Below are positions 9,874 to 18,691 of a stretch of 64,000 nucleotides of DNA, in pieces (positions within the stretch are counted from its first letter, which is position 1; the number at the start of each line of letters is the position of its first letter). Made by a program: the position numbers and the translations under genes. A model generated the notes under the pieces. It had not been told where the DNA came from and made no database searches. It was given only the letters and a program-made list of their open reading frames with translations. Source of the stretch: an uncultured Bacilli bacterium (GTDB taxonomy: Bacteria; Bacillota_I; Bacilli_A; RF39; UBA660); NCBI GenBank assembly GCA_934101425.1, contig CAKOQQ010000007.1, positions 7,338 through 71,337 of the forward strand. The letters are read 5' to 3'.

Positions 9874-10455
9874 TTGAAGGAAATGTCAAAATGGAAAATT
9901 AATCCTAATTTTTTTGCATTATTGTTGGTTGCATCTTTATTTGCTGAATGGAAATACATGGCTATTCTTGCTTTCTTAGTTTTTGTATTATGGAATGAAA
10001 ATGAAAAATTAAGAAAACTAGCTATTCAAGTAGTTGCTATTTCATCAGCTTGTGCATTATTCTCACTATTATGGACTGCTATTAGCAATGGATTTAGTGT
10101 AGTTGAAAGTGCTGCTAATTTATTAAATAGTATTATTAAATTATTTGATGACACTTATACTAGACCTGAATGGGTAATTACATTATTAGCTATTTTAGAT
10201 AAAGTAGAAGCTTTAATTGCTAATTTAGTTAGTTTAGCTATTTATTTTGCTAAATTTAGCTTCATAGTAGCTATTATAAGTAATGAATTACCAAATAAAG
10301 GTATCTTTAGTAAAATTAGTGAATATTTAAATAAATTCAGTAGTTTTGTAGATAAAAAATTATATGATTTAGTATCTATAAATCCCGCTGGACCAGTAGT
10401 ACAAAATACACAACCAACAGTTAATCAAACTAATGAACAAAATTTAAATAATTAG
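9874..10455 (+). CDS. membrane protein, hypothetical
   Basis: 193 aa, several TM segments, Q/N-rich tail. No family recognised. Confidence 0.5.
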   Translation: MKEMSKWKINPNFFALLLVASLFAEWKYMAILAFLVFVLWNENEKLRKLAIQVVAISSACALFSLLWTAISNGFSVVESAANLLNSIIKLFDDTYTRPEWVITLLAILDKVEALIANLVSLAIYFAKFSFIVAIISNELPNKGIFSKISEYLNKFSSFVDKKLYDLVSINPAGPVVQNTQPTVNQTNEQNLNN

Positions 10456-10460
10456 GACAT

Positions 10461-10490
10461 AAAAAGCATATCAATGATATGCTTTTTATT
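10461..10490. terminator. bidirectional terminator
   Basis: AAAAAGCATATCAatgaTGATATGCTTTTT hairpin between convergent genes. Confidence 0.55.
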
Positions 10491-11007
10491 TTTTAAAAAT
10501 AGATAATACTTTCGATGACATAGTAATTATTTTTGTACTATTTTTAATAGCAACACCTTTTCCCATAGCTTTACCACCAATTGTAAGAGCTGCTATAGTA
10601 GCAGTTACTAATAATGATACTATAAATAGATTTATATCAAATTTTGAAGCTATAGAAGTAGCTACTGCAACACCTGCAGTACCTGATACGATACCACAAA
10701 TATCACCTACCACGTCGTTGCAAATAGATGATACTCTATCAGAATTTTTAATAAATTTAACGGCTATATTTGAACCTTTTACTTTTTTAGCATTCATAGA
10801 AATAATTGGTTTATCATCAGCAGATGTTACTGCAACACCAATCATATCAAATACTATACCTAATAAAATAAATATAAGTACTAATATTATACCAAGTATT
10901 AAACTAGCATCTTTAAGTACCATTTCTGATAAGAAAGAAAATAACATTGATATAGCAAATGCCATTATAGTTATAGTTATTATCCATTTTTTATTATTTT
11001 TTTTCAT
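10486..11007 (-). CDS. small 4-TM membrane protein, candidate OapA-like (OLE-associated protein A) partner of the upstream structured RNA
   Basis: 173 aa, four predicted TM helices, internal duplication (VFDMIGVAVTSADD / VVGDICGIVSGTAGVAVATS), one DxxxD (DVVGD). AAGGAG RBS. Directly downstream of and co-oriented with the ncRNA. Confidence 0.45.
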   Translation of the reverse strand: MKKNNKKWIITITIMAFAISMLFSFLSEMVLKDASLILGIILVLIFILLGIVFDMIGVAVTSADDKPIISMNAKKVKGSNIAVKFIKNSDRVSSICNDVVGDICGIVSGTAGVAVATSIASKFDINLFIVSLLVTATIAALTIGGKAMGKGVAIKNSTKIITMSSKVLSIFKK

Positions 11008-11017
11008 ATTACTCCTT

Positions 11018-11637
11018 ATAATAAAAAGGGACCAAGTCCCTTTATATACATCTTAAATGGCTATTAACATAATTAACTTTGCGTCTTAGGTCAAGTAGGT
11101 TTTCCCTGAATCTTGCATCACGTTACCATGGGTGCGGTTTCCCTTTAAAAGATTCAATATATCGTCTCCAAATATATGACTTGATTACCACTTAGTACGC
11201 ACTGTAATCTTATATTACGTCACTCTAGGGGATTTCCCCGGCTACTAATTTATTATTAATTCTTTTTTGCAAGTATTGTTTCAAACTGCGATTTTTAAAT
11301 AATCTTAGCTATAAACTACTTAAAATAGATCAGTTATCCCCATAACTCACTCAAGACAAGCTACGCTATTCATAACTTTCGCCACAAAATAGGTTCACGC
11401 CTAATTCGTATCTGGTCCGTCAACTAATAGTGTATAGGCCAAACACAAGATTAGGTCTCCATGAATGCTGGGTCGTTTGCGTATGCCATTACGGACGCCC
11501 ATCACTCTACCTTTCAGCATCCACCCCAAACTGGGCGTAAGAAGCAAACACCAAAAGTTTCACAGATGTGCTCTTTACCGGATTTTTAGCCCCGGCTTCC
11601 TAATAAATCAAATAGACTAGAATAATGTGCCACTTGA
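11018..11637 (-). ncRNA. large (~620 nt) structured non-coding RNA, candidate OLE (ornate, large, extremophilic) RNA
   Basis: ORF-free and markedly GC-enriched relative to the genome. G-rich on the minus strand. Nested helices GTTTGC(11475-80)/GCAAAC(11544-49) enclosing ACGCCCA(11495-501)/TGGGCGT(11532-38), a CCGG...CCGG hairpin (11578-95) and GGGGAaaTCCCC. Consensus promoter upstream and hairpin+U-tract at 11025-11043. Lacks RNase P GGAAAGUCC and tmRNA tRNA-like ends. Boundaries approximate. Confidence 0.45.
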
Positions 11638-11644
11638 TAGATAA

Positions 11645-11672
11645 ATTATATCATATTTTATAAAAATGTCAA
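11645..11672 (-). promoter_or_regulatory. near-consensus sigma-A promoter with extended -10 (TTGACA-16-TGaTATAAT) driving the ncRNA
   Basis: Minus strand reads TTGACATTTTTATAAAATATGATATAAT. Confidence 0.6.
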
Positions 11673-11680
11673 ATTGACAA

Positions 11681-12202
11681 TTATTTTCTCTTTTTTATTA
11701 CTTTGGCTGGATTACCTGCAACTATTGTATAACATTCTACATCTTTAGTAACAACAGCTCCAGCTGCAATAATTGATCCTTCATGAATAGTTACACCTGG
11801 TAATATTATTGCATTAGCTCCTATCCATACATCATTTTCTATAATAACTGGTTTTATTTCGCTATTTCCTTGCTTAATCATTGGTATATCTGTTCTATCA
11901 AATTTATGATTAGAAGTATATATAGAAACATTAGGTCCCATCATAACATTTGAACCAATAGTTACTGAAGATGTTATTTTAGCGTTAATACCAATACCAG
12001 AATTATCACCTATTTCAATATTTGGCGATATATTAGCATTTTTATCTATATTTATATTTTTACCAGTCTTATTTGCAAATCCTTTTACTAGTAAATTTCT
12101 TATTTGCTTACCAAATAAATTAATTGGAAAATCAGATGCTGGTAAATGTTTACCTATTAAATGATATAAAATATAACAAAAATATATTCGTAATTTACTC
12201 AT
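11681..12202 (-). CDS. sugar O-acetyltransferase, hexapeptide-repeat (LbH) family
   Basis: 173 aa with repeated [LIV]G.N..I hexapeptides ([25 protein letters not shown]). WbbJ/maltose acetyltransferase-like. Confidence 0.75.
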   Translation of the reverse strand: MSKLRIYFCYILYHLIGKHLPASDFPINLFGKQIRNLLVKGFANKTGKNINIDKNANISPNIEIGDNSGIGINAKITSSVTIGSNVMMGPNVSIYTSNHKFDRTDIPMIKQGNSEIKPVIIENDVWIGANAIILPGVTIHEGSIIAAGAVVTKDVECYTIVAGNPAKVIKKRK

Positions 12203-13346
12203 TAATTTCTTCCCCTTTTAAAATAATTTCTAGAAAATTTAACCATCTTTCTTTAATTTTTTCAAAAGAATATTTTTTAGCTGTCTCTTTAGCATTTTTT
12301 CCCATTATACTTATTTCTTTTTTATTATCCAATAGTTTAATTATTTTTTTAGCCATAACATCTTTACTTCTATTTTTTATTACATATCCAGAAAAATTAT
12401 TTTTTATAAGTTCCAAAGATCCAGAAGCACTATCAAAAATAATTCCAGGTAGACCATATGACATACCTTCTAAAAGAGCTATGCCAAATGATTCAGTATA
12501 TGATGTAACAATAAAAGCTTTAGAATGACTTAAAACATCATTGATATAATCTTTGTTTTGAAAGCCATGTAAGATGATATTATTTTCTAAATGTAAATTT
12601 GTTATTATATCTTTTAAATTATTTCTTTCTGGCCCATCACCAATTATATCTAGTTTATAATTAGGATTTTTTGCTACAACCTTTTTAAAAACATCTATTA
12701 AATCATCAAAACCCTTTTCTTTTGATAATCTCCCCACTGTTACAACATTTTTAGTATAATCACTATCTATTTCTGGAATATTATCAAGAGAGTTTGGCAT
12801 ATAATAACATTTTACTTTCCCTGTTAATGTTGCAGTATAAAAATTTGTAAGTTCTTTTGATACAGGCAATAAATAATCTATATTTTTGCATGCATCATTT
12901 AAATTTTGTATATATTTTTGATCATTTAAATGATGACGATGTTCTTGAGCTATTTTAATAATACTTTCTTTCCCGTATTTGCTTAAATAATTTGTAAATA
13001 ATACTCTCGTAGATATTATTACATCAGCATTACTATTTTTAATATAATCTATCATAGTTTTTTTTCTCAAATATAAAACTTTTATAGCTTTTATACCTTC
13101 TTTTAATAAATTAAAAATTTTAAAGTTTTTAAAGTTTTGCTTAATTTCTTTTTTATTTGGACCATAAGGTATTAAGTATTTTATTTTTACCTTGTCATCT
13201 ATTTTATATACAGGTTTCTTTCCCATTTTATAAGTACAAATTATTTCAACTTTATAATCATCACAAAGCATATTTGCAAGTGTTGCTACAGCTTTTTCAA
13301 CACCACCATAATTTAAATGTAATGATAATATTGCAATTTTTTTCAT
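12195..13346 (-). CDS. glycosyltransferase family 4 (GT-B)
   Basis: 383 aa with [16 protein letters not shown] (E-x7-E) motif. Paralogue of 15204-16427. Confidence 0.8.
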   Translation of the reverse strand: MKKIAILSLHLNYGGVEKAVATLANMLCDDYKVEIICTYKMGKKPVYKIDDKVKIKYLIPYGPNKKEIKQNFKNFKIFNLLKEGIKAIKVLYLRKKTMIDYIKNSNADVIISTRVLFTNYLSKYGKESIIKIAQEHRHHLNDQKYIQNLNDACKNIDYLLPVSKELTNFYTATLTGKVKCYYMPNSLDNIPEIDSDYTKNVVTVGRLSKEKGFDDLIDVFKKVVAKNPNYKLDIIGDGPERNNLKDIITNLHLENNIILHGFQNKDYINDVLSHSKAFIVTSYTESFGIALLEGMSYGLPGIIFDSASGSLELIKNNFSGYVIKNRSKDVMAKKIIKLLDNKKEISIMGKNAKETAKKYSFEKIKERWLNFLEIILKGEEINE

Positions 13347-13366
13347 TTTATCACAACTCTTTTTCT

Positions 13367-14464
13367 TTAATTTGCATATTTTTCAATAATTGCATCAACA
13401 ATTCTTTCGCTTGCATGTCCATCACCATATGGATTAGAAGCTTTACTCATTTTTTCATATTTTTTATTATTATCTAATAATTCTTTAGTTTCACGAATTA
13501 TGTCTTCTTCTTTTGTTCCAACTAATTTTAATGTACCCGCATCAATTCCTTCCGGTCTTTCTGTTGTATCTCTAAGAACTAATACTGGTTTACCAAGTGA
13601 TGGAGCTTCTTCTTGAATTCCACCACTATCTGTTAGTATTAAATATGATTTATTTATTATATTATGAAAATCTAGCACATCTAGTGGCGGTACAATTTTA
13701 ACTTTATCATTATTAGCTAAGTATTCATCTACAATATTTTTAATTATTGGGTTTAAATGTACAGGATATAATACTCTTATATCTTCATATTCACTTGTTA
13801 ACTTATTTATAGCGCTAAAGATTCTCTTCATAGGTTCTCCTACATTTTCTCTTCTATGAGCTGTTAATAATATTAATCTTTTATCTTTAGCAAAATCTAA
13901 TATTTCATTTTCATAATCTTCTTTAACAGTAGTAGCCATAGCATCTATTGCAGTATTACCAGTTACATAAATATTTTTTCTACCTTCTTTAAGTAAATTT
14001 TCTTCACTTAATTTAGTTGGTGCAAAATTCATATCTGCTAAGCAACTAACCATTTGTCTATTCATTTCTTCTGGATATGGTGAATATTTTTCGTATGTTC
14101 TAAGTCCTGCTTCAACATGCCCTATATCTACTTGTTTGTAAAATGCTGCTAAAGCTCCTACAAATGTAGTAGTAGTATCACCATGAACAAGAACTATATT
14201 TGGTTTTTCATGTTCAATTATTTCTTCCAAAGCTATAAGTGATCTAGTAGTTATATCACCTAATGTTTGGCCTTGTTTCATAATATTTAAATCATATTCT
14301 GGCTTAATATCGAATGTTGTTAATACTTGATCTAACATTTCCCTATGTTGTGCTGTTACGCATACTATGCACTCTGTTTCTTCCCTTTTTTCTAATTCTT
14401 TAATAAGTGGTGCCATTTTAATGGCTTCTGGTCTAGTACCAAAAATTGTCATTACTTTTATCAT
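13367..14464 (-). CDS. wecB: UDP-N-acetylglucosamine 2-epimerase (non-hydrolysing), WecB/MnaA
   Basis: 365 aa starting MIKVMTIFGTRPEAIKMAPL, with the HVEAGLR motif. Confidence 0.9.
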   Translation of the reverse strand: MIKVMTIFGTRPEAIKMAPLIKELEKREETECIVCVTAQHREMLDQVLTTFDIKPEYDLNIMKQGQTLGDITTRSLIALEEIIEHEKPNIVLVHGDTTTTFVGALAAFYKQVDIGHVEAGLRTYEKYSPYPEEMNRQMVSCLADMNFAPTKLSEENLLKEGRKNIYVTGNTAIDAMATTVKEDYENEILDFAKDKRLILLTAHRRENVGEPMKRIFSAINKLTSEYEDIRVLYPVHLNPIIKNIVDEYLANNDKVKIVPPLDVLDFHNIINKSYLILTDSGGIQEEAPSLGKPVLVLRDTTERPEGIDAGTLKLVGTKEEDIIRETKELLDNNKKYEKMSKASNPYGDGHASERIVDAIIEKYAN

Positions 14465-14486
14465 ATATCCTCCTAATCAGCAATTA

Positions 14487-15197
14487 CTATTTCATTTTTT
14501 TAATTTTGAATATAAATTTTACATTATTATTATAAAATCTTTTTAATCTAGATGGTTCACACATAATTCTATATAACCATTCCATATTCATTTTAATAAA
14601 TAATTTTGGTGCTCTTTTCTTTGAACCACTTATTACATCTAGTGATCCACCTACTCCAACAAAAATACCTTTATCAAACTTATCTAAATGCTTATAGATA
14701 AGTTTTTCTTGATTAGGTATACCAAGAGCAACTAAGATTATATCTGGCTTTGATTTGATAATTTTTTCAAAATCCTTATCTTTATCTTTACTATAACCAT
14801 TTACCATACCTAAAATATTTAAATTAGGATATTTTTCTTTTAAAACATCTTTTAGTTTTACTAATACTTCTTCTTTAGAACCTAATATATATATTGATTT
14901 ATTATTTAAAGAACCAAGGCGTAATAGTTCTTCTGCTATTTCAACGCCTGGTATTCTTTCTTTTATATCATAATTAAGCATTTTAGCTGACTTCACTATA
15001 CCTATTCCATCAGGAACTATCGTAGTATCTTTTGATAATAATAATTTTTTAAAACTATCATCATTTTCTGCTATATTAAATGTTTCTGGATTTGCTGTTA
15101 CTATAAACATTTTTTTATTGTTTTCTAAATTTTCATCTAATACTTTATAAAAACTCTCTTTTGTATCTAAATATAATTTGTTAAATAAACTCTTCAT
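14487..15197 (-). CDS. tagA: WecB/TagA/CpsF family (GT26) N-acetylmannosaminyltransferase
   Basis: 236 aa with GT26 hallmarks (PDGIGIV, VGVGGSLDV). Confidence 0.75.
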   Translation of the reverse strand: MKSLFNKLYLDTKESFYKVLDENLENNKKMFIVTANPETFNIAENDDSFKKLLLSKDTTIVPDGIGIVKSAKMLNYDIKERIPGVEIAEELLRLGSLNNKSIYILGSKEEVLVKLKDVLKEKYPNLNILGMVNGYSKDKDKDFEKIIKSKPDIILVALGIPNQEKLIYKHLDKFDKGIFVGVGGSLDVISGSKKRAPKLFIKMNMEWLYRIMCEPSRLKRFYNNNVKFIFKIKKMK

Positions 15198-15203
15198 ACT
15201 ACC

Positions 15204-16427
15204 TCACTCTATTAAATTACTTGTATCTGGTTTTTGATTATCTTTATCTGCGATTTGTTGTAATAATGATTGTATATCATTTTTTGCATATATATCTTCT
15301 TTTATATCTTCAATTTTTACTTCTTTATCAAATTCTTTACCATTTATAATTGCATCTATAAAATCATTCCATCTATTTGTAAGTGAACTATAAGAATACT
15401 TTTTAGCTGTTTCTTTTGCTTTGTTACCAATAAGTATTTTAAATTCATCACTGCTTAATAAAAGTTTTACTTTTCTAGCCATTTCTTCGATATCTCTATT
15501 TTTTACAATATATCCATTTGAATTGTCTTCCATGAACTCTAATACACCAGTAGCTGTATCAAAAACTACAGATGGAAGCCCATATGACATCGCTTCTAAT
15601 AAGGAAAGTCCAAATGATTCTTTTTTACTTGCTAATACAAACACAGATGAATGACTTAATAAATCATTTATATAGTCTTTATTTTGGTATCCATGTAATG
15701 TTACTTTATCTTTTATTCTAAGATCAAATATTTTTTTCTTGATTTTATTAAGTTCAGGTCCATCTCCTACTATATCTAATGTAACATCAGGAAGTTCTAG
15801 TTGAACTTGATAATACATGTTTATTATATCTAAAACACCTTTATCACTAGTTAATCTACCAACAGTAATAATATTCTTTTTAGAAAAATCTGAATTTATA
15901 ATTGGTATATCATCTAGTACATTAGGCATATGATAACATGGCATTTTTAAATATTTTTTATAATAATCTCTAATTTCTTTTGATACAGTAAGAATATAAT
16001 TAGCATATTTATAATTTTTTCTTACTTTTTTTATTTCTTTTTTGTTATCCAAATGATAATTATTTTCTATAAACACCTTATATTTGTTCTTTTTATTATA
16101 TTTAAACCATTTTACATAAGTACTATTACTAGTTATAAGCACATCATAATCATTTTTCTTTATTTCTTTTTTTATTACACTTTTATTTAAAAATCCAACT
16201 TTTATTTTTAATAATAATTTCTTAACTATACTTCTTTTTTCTTCTTTTTCACTGCTAAGTAAAAATACTTGTTTTACGTTATCGTTTAGCTTATGAGTTC
16301 CATTTTCTTCTTTATATGTTTGTACTAGTGTTACTTCATGATTTACTGATAGCATATTTACAATACTACACAAAGATTTATCAATACCACTTAAACTAAG
16401 TTTTTTTGCTAATATTTTTATTTTCAT
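15204..16427 (-). CDS. glycosyltransferase family 4 with ~40-aa C-terminal extension
   Basis: 407 aa with ESFGLSLLEAMSYGLP and [16 protein letters not shown], which parallels 12195-13346. Confidence 0.8.
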   Translation of the reverse strand: MKIKILAKKLSLSGIDKSLCSIVNMLSVNHEVTLVQTYKEENGTHKLNDNVKQVFLLSSEKEEKRSIVKKLLLKIKVGFLNKSVIKKEIKKNDYDVLITSNSTYVKWFKYNKKNKYKVFIENNYHLDNKKEIKKVRKNYKYANYILTVSKEIRDYYKKYLKMPCYHMPNVLDDIPIINSDFSKKNIITVGRLTSDKGVLDIINMYYQVQLELPDVTLDIVGDGPELNKIKKKIFDLRIKDKVTLHGYQNKDYINDLLSHSSVFVLASKKESFGLSLLEAMSYGLPSVVFDTATGVLEFMEDNSNGYIVKNRDIEEMARKVKLLLSSDEFKILIGNKAKETAKKYSYSSLTNRWNDFIDAIINGKEFDKEVKIEDIKEDIYAKNDIQSLLQQIADKDNQKPDTSNLIE

Positions 16428-17602
16428 AAAGTCTCCTTATCTATATTCAAATATAAAATAATTGTTATTCCAAAATATATAGAAACTGCTGGTGCACTTA
16501 AGATATGACCTGCAAAAAAAGCTATTAAAAGAGACAACATAGTTATTAATATTAATATCATTTTATCATAATTATAGTTATTTAAATGTGATAATGCATA
16601 CTCCATCATTTTTAATACAATTTTAAAGAATGGAATCATAAATATTATAAATCCTATAATACCATATCTATATAATAAATCATAAAAATCCATTTCAACA
16701 TATTTTTCTAATACTTTATTATTTGTAGATCCTAATCCGAACAATTTTTCTTCTAAATTATGATTTATATATTCTCTAGTTGTATTATTTAAATATATAT
16801 CTCTAGATGAAAATACAGCATTAGTAGTACTTATATATCTTCCACTATTTAAATTACTTAAATATGAAGAATTAAAAAATAAAATAACTGTATAACTTAT
16901 AAAAAATACTATTTTAAATATATTTTTCTTATTTTTATCTTTAAGCAATATATGAATAAATAACGCGATTAGTGATATTAAAACCCCAAGAAGTGGTGTT
17001 TTAGTACCGAGCATCATCATCATAAATATAACATACATAACAAGTATAAAACTATACTTATTATTCTTTAAAATGTCTTCTAAAAATAATGGGAATAGAA
17101 TTGTTATTATTCCACTTATTTCATTTGCTGAATAATACCATCCTACAACCCCTGTAGTAACGGTATCACTATAACTATTAAATCCGGTATTTGTTAACTT
17201 CGCAATTAAAATAGTTGTTAAAATGAAAAATACATTATATTTTAAAATCTTTTTCATTTCTATATATGATATTTTATAATCATCATTATAATTAAGTAAA
17301 AATATAAAAATTATTGGTAAAAACATAAACTTTATAAGTTGTGTTCCACTGCTTACATAACTATTATTACCAATCAATATATGAATTATAGAAAATATTG
17401 ATAATAATAAATAATAAATAATACTTTTCTTTTTATATTTTGATTTAGTTATAAATAATATATAAATACCACTGAATAAAATTAATATTCCTTTAAAAAT
17501 TGTTCCTATTGATACTATATTACCATTTATTCTTTCTGTAAAAGATGTAATTAAATCTATAAATGGTAATATTAAAAATAAATAATAAATAATCTTTTTC
17601 AT
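16424..17602 (-). CDS. polytopic membrane protein, O-antigen polymerase/ligase (Wzy/WaaL)-like
   Basis: 392 aa with 10 or more TM segments, embedded in the glycosyltransferase cluster. Confidence 0.5.
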   Translation of the reverse strand: MKKIIYYLFLILPFIDLITSFTERINGNIVSIGTIFKGILILFSGIYILFITKSKYKKKSIIYYLLLSIFSIIHILIGNNSYVSSGTQLIKFMFLPIIFIFLLNYNDDYKISYIEMKKILKYNVFFILTTILIAKLTNTGFNSYSDTVTTGVVGWYYSANEISGIITILFPLFLEDILKNNKYSFILVMYVIFMMMMLGTKTPLLGVLISLIALFIHILLKDKNKKNIFKIVFFISYTVILFFNSSYLSNLNSGRYISTTNAVFSSRDIYLNNTTREYINHNLEEKLFGLGSTNNKVLEKYVEMDFYDLLYRYGIIGFIIFMIPFFKIVLKMMEYALSHLNNYNYDKMILILITMLSLLIAFFAGHILSAPAVSIYFGITIILYLNIDKETL

Positions 17603-18573
17603 ATAAACCTCGTTAATAATTTCACTGTTTTGTATTTTTTGTAATATAGCAAATTACAAGCTATCTTAAATTTTAAATTTTTCTTCTTGTAATATTTATT
17701 TTTTCTCCAATTTGGGCATTTTTCTTTTAACATTTTGTTTATTTTAAGTAAATCTTCTCTTGCTTCTTTAGTTTTAAATGGTAAAATTCTTAAAGAAGCA
17801 GATAAAAATATATGGTAAATGAATATAAATTCAAATTCTTCATCATAATTTTCTTTACTCTTTTTATATTTATCAAATAAAAAATCATAAGCGTAAAATA
17901 TATCTTTTAATCTTTTTGTATATTTTTCTTGATTCATCGTAGAATGTTTTCTTCTAACATATTTATAAGGTGCATATTTCATATATGCAATATTTTCTGC
18001 ATATATTGCATATATAGGTACAACTGCTAAATCTTCATATATATGCCTTTCAAGAAAATACAAATCATTTTTCAATAATATATCTTTCTTTATTATTTTA
18101 TTTGTTGGACCATTTGAAGAAACGATATAATTTTTTACTATATCACTTGTATAATAATTTATACCCTTTATTATAGTTTTATTTTTACCATCAATTTCAA
18201 ATCTTTCCATATCACATACTACTAAATCTGAATCAAATGAAATTGCTTTATTATACATTTTTTCGTACATTTTACTATCAACATAATCATCATCATCCAC
18301 AAATGCAATATACTCTCCTTTGGCTAATTTAATACAATAATTTCTTGCTGCTCCTTGCATTTGATTTTTTTGATAATAGTATTTAACTCTAGGATCTTTT
18401 ATTTGCAATACAAGATTTTTTGTATTATCTGTAGAACCATCATCTATAACAATTATTTCGATTTCTTTTAATGTCTGATCAAGTAATGAATTAATACATT
18501 TTAATATATATTGTTCACCATTGTAAGTTGGTACTATTATACTTATTTTTACCATATTCATCCACCTATTCAC
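17599..18573 (-). CDS. glycosyltransferase family 2
   Basis: IIVPTYNGEQYILKCINSLLDQT, DDGSTD and DDDD motifs. Confidence 0.8.
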   Translation of the reverse strand: MNRWMNMVKISIIVPTYNGEQYILKCINSLLDQTLKEIEIIVIDDGSTDNTKNLVLQIKDPRVKYYYQKNQMQGAARNYCIKLAKGEYIAFVDDDDYVDSKMYEKMYNKAISFDSDLVVCDMERFEIDGKNKTIIKGINYYTSDIVKNYIVSSNGPTNKIIKKDILLKNDLYFLERHIYEDLAVVPIYAIYAENIAYMKYAPYKYVRRKHSTMNQEKYTKRLKDIFYAYDFLFDKYKKSKENYDEEFEFIFIYHIFLSASLRILPFKTKEAREDLLKINKMLKEKCPNWRKNKYYKKKNLKFKIACNLLYYKKYKTVKLLTRFI

Positions 18574-18691
18574 TTATAAAATTATAACATTTTTTTTAGT
18601 AAAATAAAACATTTATATAAAACTTTACACGATAAATACTCTTTCCATTTCTTTTTATCATAAAATAAGATATAATTATAATGGTGATGAT

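Noticed and set aside
11018-11637. Interpreting the structured RNA as RNase P RNA, tmRNA, SRP RNA or 6S RNA
   Set aside because: No GGAAAGUCC (P4) or ACAGAAA-type RNase P blocks. No tRNA-like acceptor/T-arm ends or tag-peptide reading frame for tmRNA. It is far longer than SRP RNA or 6S RNA. Genomic context (5' of a small membrane protein gene) fits OLE better. It is not a group I/II intron because it does not interrupt a gene.
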